Under the pieces are notes generated by a model. That model was not told the origin of the DNA. It saw only the letters and a program-made list of their open reading frames with translations, and did no database searches. The position numbers and the translations under genes are program-made. From Gemmatimonadales bacterium (GTDB taxonomy: Bacteria; Gemmatimonadota; Gemmatimonadetes; Gemmatimonadales; GWC2-71-9), in NCBI GenBank assembly GCA_041577295.1, contig JBFGJG010000019.1, positions 1 through 64,000 of the forward strand: a stretch of 64,000 bases of DNA, given 5' to 3'. Positions 37,509 through 47,060 of the stretch are shown one piece after another (within the stretch, counting starts at the first letter, position 1; each line of letters starts with the position of its first letter).

Positions 37509-40500
37509 ATGAGGTCGATGAGTAGGGCCTTGCTGATCGTGGGACTCATGTCGCTGCCTTTGGAATCGGGCGCGCAGCAGCCGGATCGCAACATCGTGTA
37601 CAATCCGGCGCTGTTTGACGGCATGAAGTATCGGATGGTGGGTCCCTATCGTGGTGGGCGGTCTACGGCAGTCGCGGGGATCGCCGGAAACGCACGGCTC
37701 TTCTTCATGGGAACGACTGGTGGCGGTGTGTGGAAGACGACGGATGCCGGACAGTGGTGGACGAACGTCAGCGACGGTTTCTTCGGCGGGTCCCTCGGCG
37801 CGGTGGCCATTGCGCAGGCGGACCCCAACGTGATCTACGTCGGTACCGGCAGTGCCGACATCCGCGGTAACACCTCGACCGGCCGGGGCATATGGAAGTC
37901 AACCGACGCGGGGAAGAACTGGGAGTTCATTGGGCTCAGAGAAGCCGGCCAGATAGCCTTCGTCGTCGTCCACCCCACGGACCCCGATCGGGTCTACGTG
38001 GCGGCGTTGGGTCATGCGTTCGGCAAGAATCCTGAGCGAGGCATTTTTCGCTCCCGTGACGGCGGGAGCACCTGGGATCACGTGCTGGCGTTGAACGACA
38101 GCACCGGTGCGTCCAGCTTGTCGATGAATCCCCGCAATCCGCGCGAGCTCTACGCCGGCATGTGGCGGGGTGAACGGAAGCCGTGGACGCTCATCAGTGG
38201 TGGGCCGGAGGGCGGCGTGTACAAATCGACCGACGCGGGGGCGACCTGGATCAAACTCGGAGGCGGTTTGCCGGGGGGGATCGTCGGAAAGGTGGGTGTG
38301 AGCGTTTCTGGTGCCAACCCAGACCGCGTGTGGGCCATGGTGCAGGCGGAGCCGGCCGGCGGGCTGTACCGGTCCGACGACGCGGGAAAAACCTGGACTC
38401 GTGTGAACAGTGAGAACAAGCTCCGGCAACGTGCCTTTTACTACACGCACGTTCGCGCCGATCCACAAGACGAACACACGGTCTATGTATTGAACACCCG
38501 GCTCCACAAGTCAGTGGACGGCGGACGCACGTTCGAAGTCGTGGAGGTTCCTCACGGTGACGTGCACGACCTGTGGATCGATCCCACCAACCCCGAAGTC
38601 ATGATCGTTGGAGACGACGGAGGTGCGCAGGTCACGCTCAATGGTGGCGTGACCTGGACGTCGTACCACAACCAGGCAACGGCCGAGTTGTACGACGTCA
38701 TCGTGGACAACGCGTTCCCGTATCGCCTTTACGGCGCGCAGCAAGACAACACCACCATCAGCGTACCGGCTTGGACCAGCAGCAACACGCTGCACGCCAA
38801 AGAGCATTGGTACATGGTTGGCGGGTGCGAGACAGGGCCCATCGCGCTGCACCCGGATCACCCGCAGGTTGTCTATGCCGGCTGTTACGGCGGGGTGATC
38901 GATCGGTACGACCGCGTGCGTGATCAGCGACGGTACATATCGAACTACCCGCAGCTGCAGGTGGGTGAGGCGGGGCGTAACCTCAAGTATCGTTTCCAGT
39001 GGGTTTCGCCGATCGTCGTGTCCCCACACGATCCCAACACGGTTTATCACGCATCCCAGTACGTTCATCGTACGATGGACGGGGGCATGACCTGGGAAAC
39101 GATTAGTCCGGATCTCACCACAAATAGTTCGGAGCATCAAGCGGCGTCCGGCGGCCCAATCGACCACGACATCACCGGGGTCGAGATCTTCAACACGATC
39201 TTCTCACTGGCGGTGTCACAGCATTCAGCCGATGTGATTTGGGCGGGCAGCGATGATGGACGAGTACACGTTACGCGTGACGCCGGTGCAAGCTGGACCG
39301 ATGTAACCCCGCGCGCCATGCCGGCACTGGGAACAGTCGATGAGATCGATCTGTCGGTACACCAGCCTGGTCGTGCGCTCGTGGCGGTGCATCGATACCG
39401 GGTGAATGATTTTCGACCGTACATCTTCCTCACAACGGATTTCGGCCGGTCGTGGCGGGTGCTCACGGACGGCACCAATGGCATTCCTGCGGATCATCCC
39501 GTGCGCACGGTGCGTGAGGATGCGGAGGTCCCTGGGCTGCTCTACGCTGGGACGGAGTTCGGCGTGTTCGTCTCGTTCAACGACGGGCGCACCTGGCAGC
39601 CGCTGCAGCTGAACCTCCCCATCACGCCGGTCACGGGGATGCGCGCCCACAGGACGGACCTCGTGATCTCCACGCAAGGCCGGTCGTTCTGGGTACTGGA
39701 CGATTTGAGCCCCCTGCGGCAGTTGACGCCAGAGATCGCACGAGCTGCGACGCACCTCTTCGCACCGCGCGAGGCCTATCGCGTGAACGCGGCGGGTGTC
39801 GAGGGGAACGACGGCGAGACCGCGCCCGAGGTCCTCCCGGGGAACGCCATCATTTACTACTACCTGCGTTCAAAACCGACCACCTCGGTGACGCTGGAGA
39901 TAACCGATGGGGCAGGTCGCCTCGTGCGTCGCTTCACGAGCGATTCGGCGACAGCCGAGGAAATGAAGCTCCCCAAGATCTCCGCGGATTCCGGGATGAA
40001 CCGGGCCACGTGGGACATCACGTATCAAGGTCCGGTGGTACCCGATTCGGTGATCGTTTGGGGGTACACGGGTGGAGTGAAGGCGCCTCCCGGGACCTAT
40101 CAAGTCCGCTTGGTAGCTGGAGAGGCGACACACACCCAACCGATTACCGTCCTCAAGGATCCGCGGCTCGATAACGTGCAGCAGGCCGATTTCGAGGAAC
40201 AGTTCGCGCTCGCCGTCCAGGTTCGGGACACGCTCAACGCTGTCTACCACGCGCTCGCGCAATTGCGTTCCGCCCGCACGCAGATCCAATCGGTGGCCGA
40301 GCGAGCCGTGGTCGGTGGCTATGGCGAGGACCTAAAACTGGCAGCTGACTCCGTTGCCGGCGCAATCGCTGCAGTCGAACAGGAGCTCACCCAAACGCGG
40401 AACCAGAGCAACCAAGATCCGCTCCGATATCCACCACAGTTAGATAATCAATTGGTGACGCTCTACGGATTCGTGACGGGAGCGGATTCCTATATCTACG

Positions 40501-40721
40501 GTGGGCCAGAAGGTCGACCCACGGCCGGTGCGTACGAGCGATTCAACGACCTCAATGGCGAATGGGCCGTGCTGCGTTCGCAGGTTCGATCCGTGATGGA
40601 CGAGAACGTTGCGGTGTTCAACGAACGACTCAGAGCGCTGGGCATCCCGGGTGTGATTCTTCCGGCGGCCGGTGAACGGGTGACGTCTATGCGAAGCGAC
40701 GAATCGCCGAGGCCTCACTGA
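37509..40721 (+). CDS. VPS10/BNR (Asp-box) repeat glycosyl-hydrolase-like secreted protein
   Basis: 'GPYRGGR', many 'S.D.G.TW' Asp boxes. Confidence 0.9.
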   Translation: MRSMSRALLIVGLMSLPLESGAQQPDRNIVYNPALFDGMKYRMVGPYRGGRSTAVAGIAGNARLFFMGTTGGGVWKTTDAGQWWTNVSDGFFGGSLGAVAIAQADPNVIYVGTGSADIRGNTSTGRGIWKSTDAGKNWEFIGLREAGQIAFVVVHPTDPDRVYVAALGHAFGKNPERGIFRSRDGGSTWDHVLALNDSTGASSLSMNPRNPRELYAGMWRGERKPWTLISGGPEGGVYKSTDAGATWIKLGGGLPGGIVGKVGVSVSGANPDRVWAMVQAEPAGGLYRSDDAGKTWTRVNSENKLRQRAFYYTHVRADPQDEHTVYVLNTRLHKSVDGGRTFEVVEVPHGDVHDLWIDPTNPEVMIVGDDGGAQVTLNGGVTWTSYHNQATAELYDVIVDNAFPYRLYGAQQDNTTISVPAWTSSNTLHAKEHWYMVGGCETGPIALHPDHPQVVYAGCYGGVIDRYDRVRDQRRYISNYPQLQVGEAGRNLKYRFQWVSPIVVSPHDPNTVYHASQYVHRTMDGGMTWETISPDLTTNSSEHQAASGGPIDHDITGVEIFNTIFSLAVSQHSADVIWAGSDDGRVHVTRDAGASWTDVTPRAMPALGTVDEIDLSVHQPGRALVAVHRYRVNDFRPYIFLTTDFGRSWRVLTDGTNGIPADHPVRTVREDAEVPGLLYAGTEFGVFVSFNDGRTWQPLQLNLPITPVTGMRAHRTDLVISTQGRSFWVLDDLSPLRQLTPEIARAATHLFAPREAYRVNAAGVEGNDGETAPEVLPGNAIIYYYLRSKPTTSVTLEITDGAGRLVRRFTSDSATAEEMKLPKISADSGMNRATWDITYQGPVVPDSVIVWGYTGGVKAPPGTYQVRLVAGEATHTQPITVLKDPRLDNVQQADFEEQFALAVQVRDTLNAVYHALAQLRSARTQIQSVAERAVVGGYGEDLKLAADSVAGAIAAVEQELTQTRNQSNQDPLRYPPQLDNQLVTLYGFVTGADSYIYGGPEGRPTAGAYERFNDLNGEWAVLRSQVRSVMDENVAVFNERLRALGIPGVILPAAGERVTSMRSDESPRPH

Positions 40722-40726
40722 TCCGG

Positions 40727-42448
40727 ATGCGACGGAAGGGCCCACGGGGCTTTCTCCTTTGGGCCGCTGTCTTGCTGCCCGCCTGCGCCGGTGATTCAAC
40801 ACCGGACGCAGATCTCGTCCTTCTTCACGGCAATGTCCTGACGGTCGATCCAACTCGGCCGATTGCCGAAGCGGTTGCGGTGAGCGGGGACACGATCGTG
40901 GCGGTGGGCAGCGATCGGGAAATCCGCCGGTACGTCGGACGGGAAACGGAAGTGATCGATCTGGGTGGCTGGACCGTGCTCCCAGGTTTCATCGAGGGGC
41001 ATGGGCACTTCATGAGCCTCGGCCGTTCGAAGATGAATCTCGATCTGACCACGGCGCGGTCGTGGAACGAAATCGTGACGATGGTCGGCCAAGCTGCGGC
41101 CGACGCACCGGTCGGCGTCTGGATTCAGGGACACGGCTGGCATCAAGAGAAGTGGGACGTGGCCGCCGATCCTGCCATTGAAGGCCTTCCCACACACGCG
41201 TCGCTTAGCGCAGTCTCGCCCAACAATCCCGTGGTACTCACGCACGCCAGCGGTCACGCATCCTTCGCCAACGCGCGTGCACTCGACATGGCAGGGATTC
41301 GCCGCGGCACACCCAATCCGCCAGGCGGGACGATCGTCCGCGACAGGGCGGGGCAGCCGACCGGTGCGCTGAGGGAAAGAGCACAGCTTCCGGTACGTGA
41401 GGCTCTTGCGCGATGGGAGTCCACGCGCAGTCCTGCAGAGAACGCTGCTCGGCAGCGGCGTATGGTCGAGCTCGCGGGGCGTGAGCTGCTCGCTAAAGGG
41501 GTAACGTCGTTTCACGATGCTGGATCGTCGTTTGCCACGATCGAGTTTCTGCAGGAGCTGGCCGAAGCTGGGGAGTTGCCCGTCCGATTGTACGTCATGG
41601 TACGGTATCAGACGAACGACGAGATGGCCGCGCGGCTACCGGAGTTTCGGCGGATCGGGGTGGGCGGAGGGTTCCTCACGGTTCGCTCCATCAAGCGGCA
41701 GATTGACGGCGCCCTAGGGCCACACGGGGCTTGGCTGCTTCGACCGTACGAGGATCTTCGGAGCACCGGCTTGATTCTCGAGCGTCCGGACGACATTGCC
41801 CGCACGGCGGAGTTGGCGATCCAACATGGATTCCAACTCAACACCCATGCGATCGGTGACCGCGCGAATCGCGAGGTGCTCGACATCTACGAGCGCGTGT
41901 TCGCGGCGCATCCCGGGGCAACCGATCTTCGGTGGCGCATCGAACATGCCCAACATCTCCATCCGAACGACATTGCACGGTTTGGCCAGCTCGGTGTGAT
42001 CGCTTCGGTGCAAGGGATCCACGCTACCTCGGACGGGCCGTGGGTGATCAAACGGCTGGGTGAGCAGCGCGCATTTGAGGGAGCCTACGTGTGGCGTAAG
42101 CTCATCGACGTCGGGGCGTTGGTGACCAACGGTACCGACGCACCCGTCGAAGACGTCGATCCCATCGCCAGTTTTTACGCTTCGGTCACCCGTCGTCTTG
42201 CGGACGGTTCCGTGTTCTTTCCGGAGCAAAGCATGACCAGAGACGAGGCGCTGCGCTCTTACACCATCAACAACGCGTATGCCGCGTTCGAGGAGGCGAT
42301 CAAGGGATCGCTCGAGCCGGGGAAGCTCGCAGATATCGTGGTGCTGTCGCGAGACATCATGACGGTGCCGGAGGATCGCATACCGGGCACTGAGGTGGTG
42401 ATCACGATCGTGGGTGGAAAAGTGGTCTACCGGTTGGGCGAGTCTTAG
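40727..42448 (+). CDS. Amidohydrolase_3 (YtcJ-like) lipoprotein
   Basis: LPAC lipobox; 'PGFIEGHGH', 'HAIGDRAN', 'RIEHAQ', 'GTDAP'. Confidence 0.9.
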   Translation: MRRKGPRGFLLWAAVLLPACAGDSTPDADLVLLHGNVLTVDPTRPIAEAVAVSGDTIVAVGSDREIRRYVGRETEVIDLGGWTVLPGFIEGHGHFMSLGRSKMNLDLTTARSWNEIVTMVGQAAADAPVGVWIQGHGWHQEKWDVAADPAIEGLPTHASLSAVSPNNPVVLTHASGHASFANARALDMAGIRRGTPNPPGGTIVRDRAGQPTGALRERAQLPVREALARWESTRSPAENAARQRRMVELAGRELLAKGVTSFHDAGSSFATIEFLQELAEAGELPVRLYVMVRYQTNDEMAARLPEFRRIGVGGGFLTVRSIKRQIDGALGPHGAWLLRPYEDLRSTGLILERPDDIARTAELAIQHGFQLNTHAIGDRANREVLDIYERVFAAHPGATDLRWRIEHAQHLHPNDIARFGQLGVIASVQGIHATSDGPWVIKRLGEQRAFEGAYVWRKLIDVGALVTNGTDAPVEDVDPIASFYASVTRRLADGSVFFPEQSMTRDEALRSYTINNAYAAFEEAIKGSLEPGKLADIVVLSRDIMTVPEDRIPGTEVVITIVGGKVVYRLGES

Positions 42449-42463
42449 TGCACGCGAGGTATC

Positions 42464-43477
42464 TCAGACGTCGGAGGCTGCACGGCTCGTCCTGACCGGA
42501 ATCTTCATCGAGAAAACGGTCTCACCATTTGCACCGCGACTTTGCTCGAGCCACCCGCCCGCGCGCAGGACGAGCGCACGACACAGCTCGAGGCCGAGGC
42601 CGGAGCTCCCGGGCTGGCTCGTGCCACCGGCAGGCCCCGCATCGCTCACCCTGAGATGTGCCGTCCCGTGCGTGATAGTTCCCTCGATGAGGACGGGGCC
42701 AGGCTTGGCGTACCGGATCGCGTTGTCGATTAAGATGGCACAAGCCTGACGCACGACTAGCATGTCGTCGCAGTAACTCTCATCGTCCCCAGACACGTCC
42801 ACCCGCAGGTCTTTGCGGCGCAACTGCGCTTCCGTGAGAAACCCCCGTAGCTCGGCGGTCAGGTCGGTTGCAAGCTCGTGCCCAGAACGCGGTGGTACCT
42901 GGGCCGGTGAGATTTCCATATCCGTTTTCGCCAAACCCAGGATGCTATCGAGCTTTCCGAGGCTGCGGGTGAGTCGTGCGACAACGGGTGTCAAGAGGCT
43001 CGAGTCCGGCCGTTCGCCGCGGGCGAGCTCTCCATCGACATACTCGAACGTCTCCACCGCCATGCTCAGCGGGGATCGCAGGTCGTGCGCAAGGAGCGAC
43101 ATGAGGAGGCGATTTAGCTGGCTCGAGCGTGTCGCCTCCTCGCGCGCGCGGCTGATCTGGATGCGACGGGTCTGGATGCGAAGGGCGATTGCACAGGCGG
43201 CAGGGAGTGTAAGCGAAACGAAGATTCGGTTCGGAATCCAGACGGCTTCTGGTGAGATTGGGCCTCGACCGAACGCCGCTGCGATGAAAAAGCCGACGAA
43301 AGCGATGCCGAACGTGAGCCACACTGATCGACGGTCGTCCGTCAGCGACGAAAGCATGATGGGGATGCAGAGGAGAATCCCGACGACGATCCCTGCAGGA
43401 GTAAGCCAGTCGAGGATGAGGATACCCACGACACCGGCCAGGCTCGTTGCGGTCAAGCCAACGCTATGCCCGATCAC
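42464..43477 (-). CDS. Membrane sensor histidine kinase
   Basis: About four TMs, 'LAHDLRSPL', 'LIDNAIRY', 'GLGL'; GTGA overlap with the regulator stop. Confidence 0.85.
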   Translation of the reverse strand: MIGHSVGLTATSLAGVVGILILDWLTPAGIVVGILLCIPIMLSSLTDDRRSVWLTFGIAFVGFFIAAAFGRGPISPEAVWIPNRIFVSLTLPAACAIALRIQTRRIQISRAREEATRSSQLNRLLMSLLAHDLRSPLSMAVETFEYVDGELARGERPDSSLLTPVVARLTRSLGKLDSILGLAKTDMEISPAQVPPRSGHELATDLTAELRGFLTEAQLRRKDLRVDVSGDDESYCDDMLVVRQACAILIDNAIRYAKPGPVLIEGTITHGTAHLRVSDAGPAGGTSQPGSSGLGLELCRALVLRAGGWLEQSRGANGETVFSMKIPVRTSRAASDV

Positions 43478-44835
43478 AGGCCATAGCGGCGCCGTTTTTC
43501 CCATAGCGTTTTCCGCGAGATGCCCAGCAGCCGAGCAGTGTCCTCCATCTGCCGGTCGGGATCGTACGCGAGGGTGGCGGCGATGTATCGCCGTTCCACC
43601 TCTTCGAGGGCGAGCCCGTGGTCGAGCGCGACAGCATCCGCTCCCGCCGTCAGGCCATCTGGCTCCCGTGCCGGTGGTCGGATGCGGAGTGGTCCACCGC
43701 CGTGAAAGATGAGTGCTCGCTCGATCGCGTTGCGAAGTTCCCTCGCATTGCCGGGCCAGGAATAGTCTTGCAGATCGGCGAAGGAGTCGGCATCGATTTC
43801 AGGAGTCGGACGTTTGAGATCCTCACTCAAGTCATGAACGAATCGGGCAGCGATCTCGGGGATCACGCCTGCCATTTCTCGTAAGGCCGGCATTTCGATC
43901 GATGCGACGTCGAGTCGGTAAAGGAGGTCCAGCCGGAATTCACGTTGTCGCACGCGTTCCTTCAGGTCTTCGTTCGTGGCGGCAACGACGCGGCACGTGA
44001 TGGGAATGGGGTGCGTGCCGCCCACCCGCCGAATCTCTTGGCTCTCGAGAAAGAGCAACAGCTTTCCCTGAAGCTCGAGCGGGAGGGCGCCGATTTCATC
44101 CAGCAGGAGTGTGCCTTCGTGTGCGAGTTCAATGAGTCCGCGTTTGAGCGCCTTCGCGTCCGTAAACGCCCCCTTTTCGTGGCCAAACAGTTCGGACTCC
44201 AGGAGATTCGCTGGGATCGCGGCGCAGTTCACTTCCATGAATCGGCCGTCGGAATCGGACAGATCATGAATGGCTCGGGCGAGAACACTCTTTCCCGTTC
44301 CTGACTCGCCGGTGATCAGGATCCGGACTGACGAAACGCCCGCAACCTGCTCCGCAAACTGGCGGACTTCGTCCAATCGACTATGTGTTCCAACGATCAC
44401 CCTTCCGATGTCGTAGCTACTCTGGCTCGCCAGCCGCCGCGACACTTCCTCTCGCACGGGCCGTTCTGCCACCGCACGCTCGACGAGGGCGAGCAAGGCA
44501 TCGGTGTTCACCGGTTTTGGCAGGAAGTCGTTTGCCCCGGCCCGGATGCCGTCCACCGCACGCGGGACCGTCGCGTGTGCGGTCACCAGAAACGTCGGGA
44601 GTGATGGATCTGACTGTCGAATCCGACGAACGAGTTCGATGCCATCCACCCCCGGCATGGCGAGATCGGTTATCACGCTATCGTAGGGCTCCCGGGCGAG
44701 GGCGACGAGGGCTTCCTCGGCCGAGCCTACGAGGTCCGCGTGGACCCGGGCTCGCCGGCCAAAGTTCGCCTTGAGGATCCGGCCCTCGAGCGGGTCGTCA
44801 TCCACGAACAGCACTCGCAGTTGTCTAGGGCACAT
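43474..44835 (-). CDS. Sigma54-dependent response regulator (NtrC/AtoC family)
   Basis: REC 'ITDLAMP', 'GESGTGK', 'ESELFGHEKGAFTDA', 'WPGNAREL', Fis HTH. Confidence 0.93.
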   Translation of the reverse strand: MCPRQLRVLFVDDDPLEGRILKANFGRRARVHADLVGSAEEALVALAREPYDSVITDLAMPGVDGIELVRRIRQSDPSLPTFLVTAHATVPRAVDGIRAGANDFLPKPVNTDALLALVERAVAERPVREEVSRRLASQSSYDIGRVIVGTHSRLDEVRQFAEQVAGVSSVRILITGESGTGKSVLARAIHDLSDSDGRFMEVNCAAIPANLLESELFGHEKGAFTDAKALKRGLIELAHEGTLLLDEIGALPLELQGKLLLFLESQEIRRVGGTHPIPITCRVVAATNEDLKERVRQREFRLDLLYRLDVASIEMPALREMAGVIPEIAARFVHDLSEDLKRPTPEIDADSFADLQDYSWPGNARELRNAIERALIFHGGGPLRIRPPAREPDGLTAGADAVALDHGLALEEVERRYIAATLAYDPDRQMEDTARLLGISRKTLWEKRRRYGL

Positions 44836-44903
44836 CCGGTACTCCTCACCGGATCTTGAAGCTCGGAACCGGCCGTGACAAGCATCGGGCCGGGACGGGC
44901 TGC

Positions 44904-44944
44904 CGTGTTACGAAAGGTTACGCACGTAACGTTCCCGTAACACG
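44904..44944. promoter_or_regulatory. Nested palindromic enhancer (UAS) candidate
   Basis: CGTGTTACG-aaag-GTTACG-ca-CGTAAC-gttcc-CGTAACACG. Confidence 0.6.
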
Positions 44945-45019
44945 CTTCGACAAGGGTGCCCATCGGGTCGACGACGTCAAGTCGGTGCAATGAAATCACT
45001 TGGGCCCTGTGGCACGAGT

Positions 45020-45035
45020 TGGCCCGGGGGTTGCT
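45020..45035 (+). promoter_or_regulatory. Sigma54 (-24/-12) promoter
   Basis: TGGCCCG-GGGG-TTGCT with exact GG-N10-GC spacing, about 75 bp downstream of the palindromes. Confidence 0.65.
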
Positions 45036-45099
45036 TCTCCAACGCGCTTTGCAACCCGCAAGCGGGGCGTCCGCACTGTCGCGAACACCGCCAGGTTGC

Positions 45100-45180
45100 A
45101 CCGCGAGAATGGCACCCCGGCCGTGAGGCCGGTCCGCAAAGCTCAGGATCTCCACCGAGATGGCCGAGCCGCCGAAGGAC
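45100..45180 (+). ncRNA. Cyclic di-GMP-I (GEMM) riboswitch-like aptamer
   Basis: GGCAC-CCCGGCC-GTGA-GGCCGG (GNRA-capped P2), CGCAAAGC junction, P3 'TCAGGATCT..AGATGGCCGAG', closing GCCGAA; in a 5' UTR. Confidence 0.7.
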
Positions 45181-45211
45181 GAAATGGCAACTCACTTGGA
45201 GGAGATCGTTG

Positions 45212-46195
45212 ATGAGCAACGCAGGTGCAGTACGTAGTCTCGTGGGTGCGGCAGCGGTGGGCTTGGTGCTGACCGCCTGTGATCGTGCCCCGGCCGATCC
45301 GTTGGCCGTGGAAGACGCGATCAACCTGTCCGCGACCAACCGGACCAACACGGCACAGTCCGTGATGATCGTGCTGTATGGTGCGAGCGACTTCGTCATC
45401 GAGGAAGAGCAGACTTGGTCGTACGCGTTCTCAGGTCAGCCGGGTGCCGTCGCCGCGTTCGACACGTATTTCACGGTGACGACTTCCGGGGGCCCCAATG
45501 CAAGCCAGATTGCAACGGCCAAGCATAACGCGTTCAAGGCGCCGAACCGGTGTAATCTGTGGAACGGTAACGCTCTCCAGACGGTCACTTCGACTTTTGG
45601 CGGTCGTTCTGTGACCGCCACGCCTAAGTCGCCTAGCACACACGCTGCGAAGACCGGCTGGAACGTGGAGGTGACGGGTGGTGGGCCCGTGGAGGTCAGT
45701 CTCGACTATGGCTCGTACATTGCGAGCCAGAACGCAGTCGACAAGGCGACCAGCAATGGAAACCAGCCCTGGAAGCGCAAGTACTCGTTTGGGTTGGACG
45801 AGGCAAGGATCGTTGGCCTCACGGTTGAGCTGCTCGACGCTGCCAACTACGTGGTGGCCCCATACAGTGGCGAAGCCGGTGTATCCGGATACTACGCAGG
45901 CGAAGACTTCGAGTATAACGGCAACGCCGGTTCCAGCGGACCGAACGGAATTCTGGCCAACGGTTTGGTCAGCGGTATCTTGAACGGCACAGTTGGTGGA
46001 AATGACGGCAAGAAGGATGACTTCGCCGGTAACGATGGTGAGGGTGCGGTGAAAGCCCACCTCAACTCGATGACGTGGAGCCTGGGCGAGGGTGAGTATA
46101 CCCTGTCCGTCCGGGGGACCGTGCGGGGTGTGGCCGGAGCCATGGATGCGTTGTTCAACGGCACGAAGCAGGTCACAATATTGGGCGGTTGCTGA
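45212..46195 (+). CDS. Unknown Gly/Ser/Thr/Asn-rich lipoprotein
   Basis: GGAGGAG RBS, LVLTAC lipobox, beta-rich body, internal Cys and C-terminal Cys. Confidence 0.8.
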   Translation: MSNAGAVRSLVGAAAVGLVLTACDRAPADPLAVEDAINLSATNRTNTAQSVMIVLYGASDFVIEEEQTWSYAFSGQPGAVAAFDTYFTVTTSGGPNASQIATAKHNAFKAPNRCNLWNGNALQTVTSTFGGRSVTATPKSPSTHAAKTGWNVEVTGGGPVEVSLDYGSYIASQNAVDKATSNGNQPWKRKYSFGLDEARIVGLTVELLDAANYVVAPYSGEAGVSGYYAGEDFEYNGNAGSSGPNGILANGLVSGILNGTVGGNDGKKDDFAGNDGEGAVKAHLNSMTWSLGEGEYTLSVRGTVRGVAGAMDALFNGTKQVTILGGC

Positions 46196-46241
46196 TTCTC
46201 GACATCGCACGAGTAGTGAAAAGGATGACATAGTTACACGA

Positions 46242-46280
46242 CTGCTGCCGCTTCACCCCCCTGGGGTGGGGCGGCAGCAG
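46242..46280 (+). terminator. Strong GC hairpin after the lipoprotein gene
   Basis: CTGCTGCCGCTTCACCCC-cct-GGGGTGGGGCGGCAGCAG; no U-tract. Confidence 0.5.
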
Positions 46281-46313
46281 ATCGCATCAGCAACACATTC
46301 TTCGGAGTTTCCA

Positions 46314-47060
46314 ATGCAGGCCCGCCGTGCACGAGACCGAGTCCCGCATATCGCCAGCTGGAGCCCCAGCTTCGGCCCGGCGGGTCTTCCCGCCTACGAG
46401 CGTGCCAAGCCGTCGTTCATGCTCATCGACCCCGGTGGACCTGGACTCCTCTTGATTCCCACGGATCACGTCCGCGAGATCCCCCGTGGTGAGGGAGGCG
46501 AGGAGCTATCCAGGCGCGTCCGCGCGCGCGCAGCGCGGTGGCTGGAAAGCACGGAGCGCTCGCGACGGAGGACCTTGATTACCGAGACGCTCGTGCTCCT
46601 GGCCGAGGAGTTGAGTCGCATCCGGTCGAGCGTGGAAGTCATCGAGGCGCTGCTTCGCCATGGGGAGACGATCTTCGGCTGTCGAAGAGCGTTCATTCTT
46701 GCATTTGAACCTTCTGAACCCGGGGGAATGGGCACCTGGCGGTTGTGGCACGGTGAGGGAGACCGCTCGTTCGCTGCGCCGTCCCTTTCGGTTGTGCCTT
46801 TTTCGTTTGCACCGGTGTTCGTGAGGCGCGAAGCACAGAACAAAGAAACCGGGTCGTGTTTCTCACTGGTGTTTGACCAAACGGATGCCCATGTGCTCTG
46901 TGCCGCAGCCATTGCCGAAGATTGTTTGCTGGTCGTGGCGGAGAGGCGGGGTGGAGCCGAACCCGATGCCGATGACTGGTACGTGCTGCGAACCGTCGCC
47001 CGCTTTGCCCAAGCAGCGCTGTCCCACAGTCGCATGCTCGACGAGATCGGCGGCGGCTAA
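46314..47060 (+). CDS. Stand-alone GAF-like domain protein
   Basis: 'LAEELSRIRSSVEVIEALL..LLVVAERR..DDWYVLRTVARFAQAALSHSRMLDEI'. Confidence 0.6.
   Translation: MQARRARDRVPHIASWSPSFGPAGLPAYERAKPSFMLIDPGGPGLLLIPTDHVREIPRGEGGEELSRRVRARAARWLESTERSRRRTLITETLVLLAEELSRIRSSVEVIEALLRHGETIFGCRRAFILAFEPSEPGGMGTWRLWHGEGDRSFAAPSLSVVPFSFAPVFVRREAQNKETGSCFSLVFDQTDAHVLCAAAIAEDCLLVVAERRGGAEPDADDWYVLRTVARFAQAALSHSRMLDEIGGG

Noticed and set aside
45010..45023. TGGCACGAGTTGGC as the sigma54 promoter
   Set aside because: GG-to-GC spacing is 9 rather than 10; the overlapping 45020-45035 site fits
44990..45211. N-terminal extensions in the ORF track (also at 26284, 28620, 33224, 50865, 57763)
   Set aside because: Downstream starts have RBSs, signal peptides or stop/start overlaps; this extension spans the promoter and riboswitch
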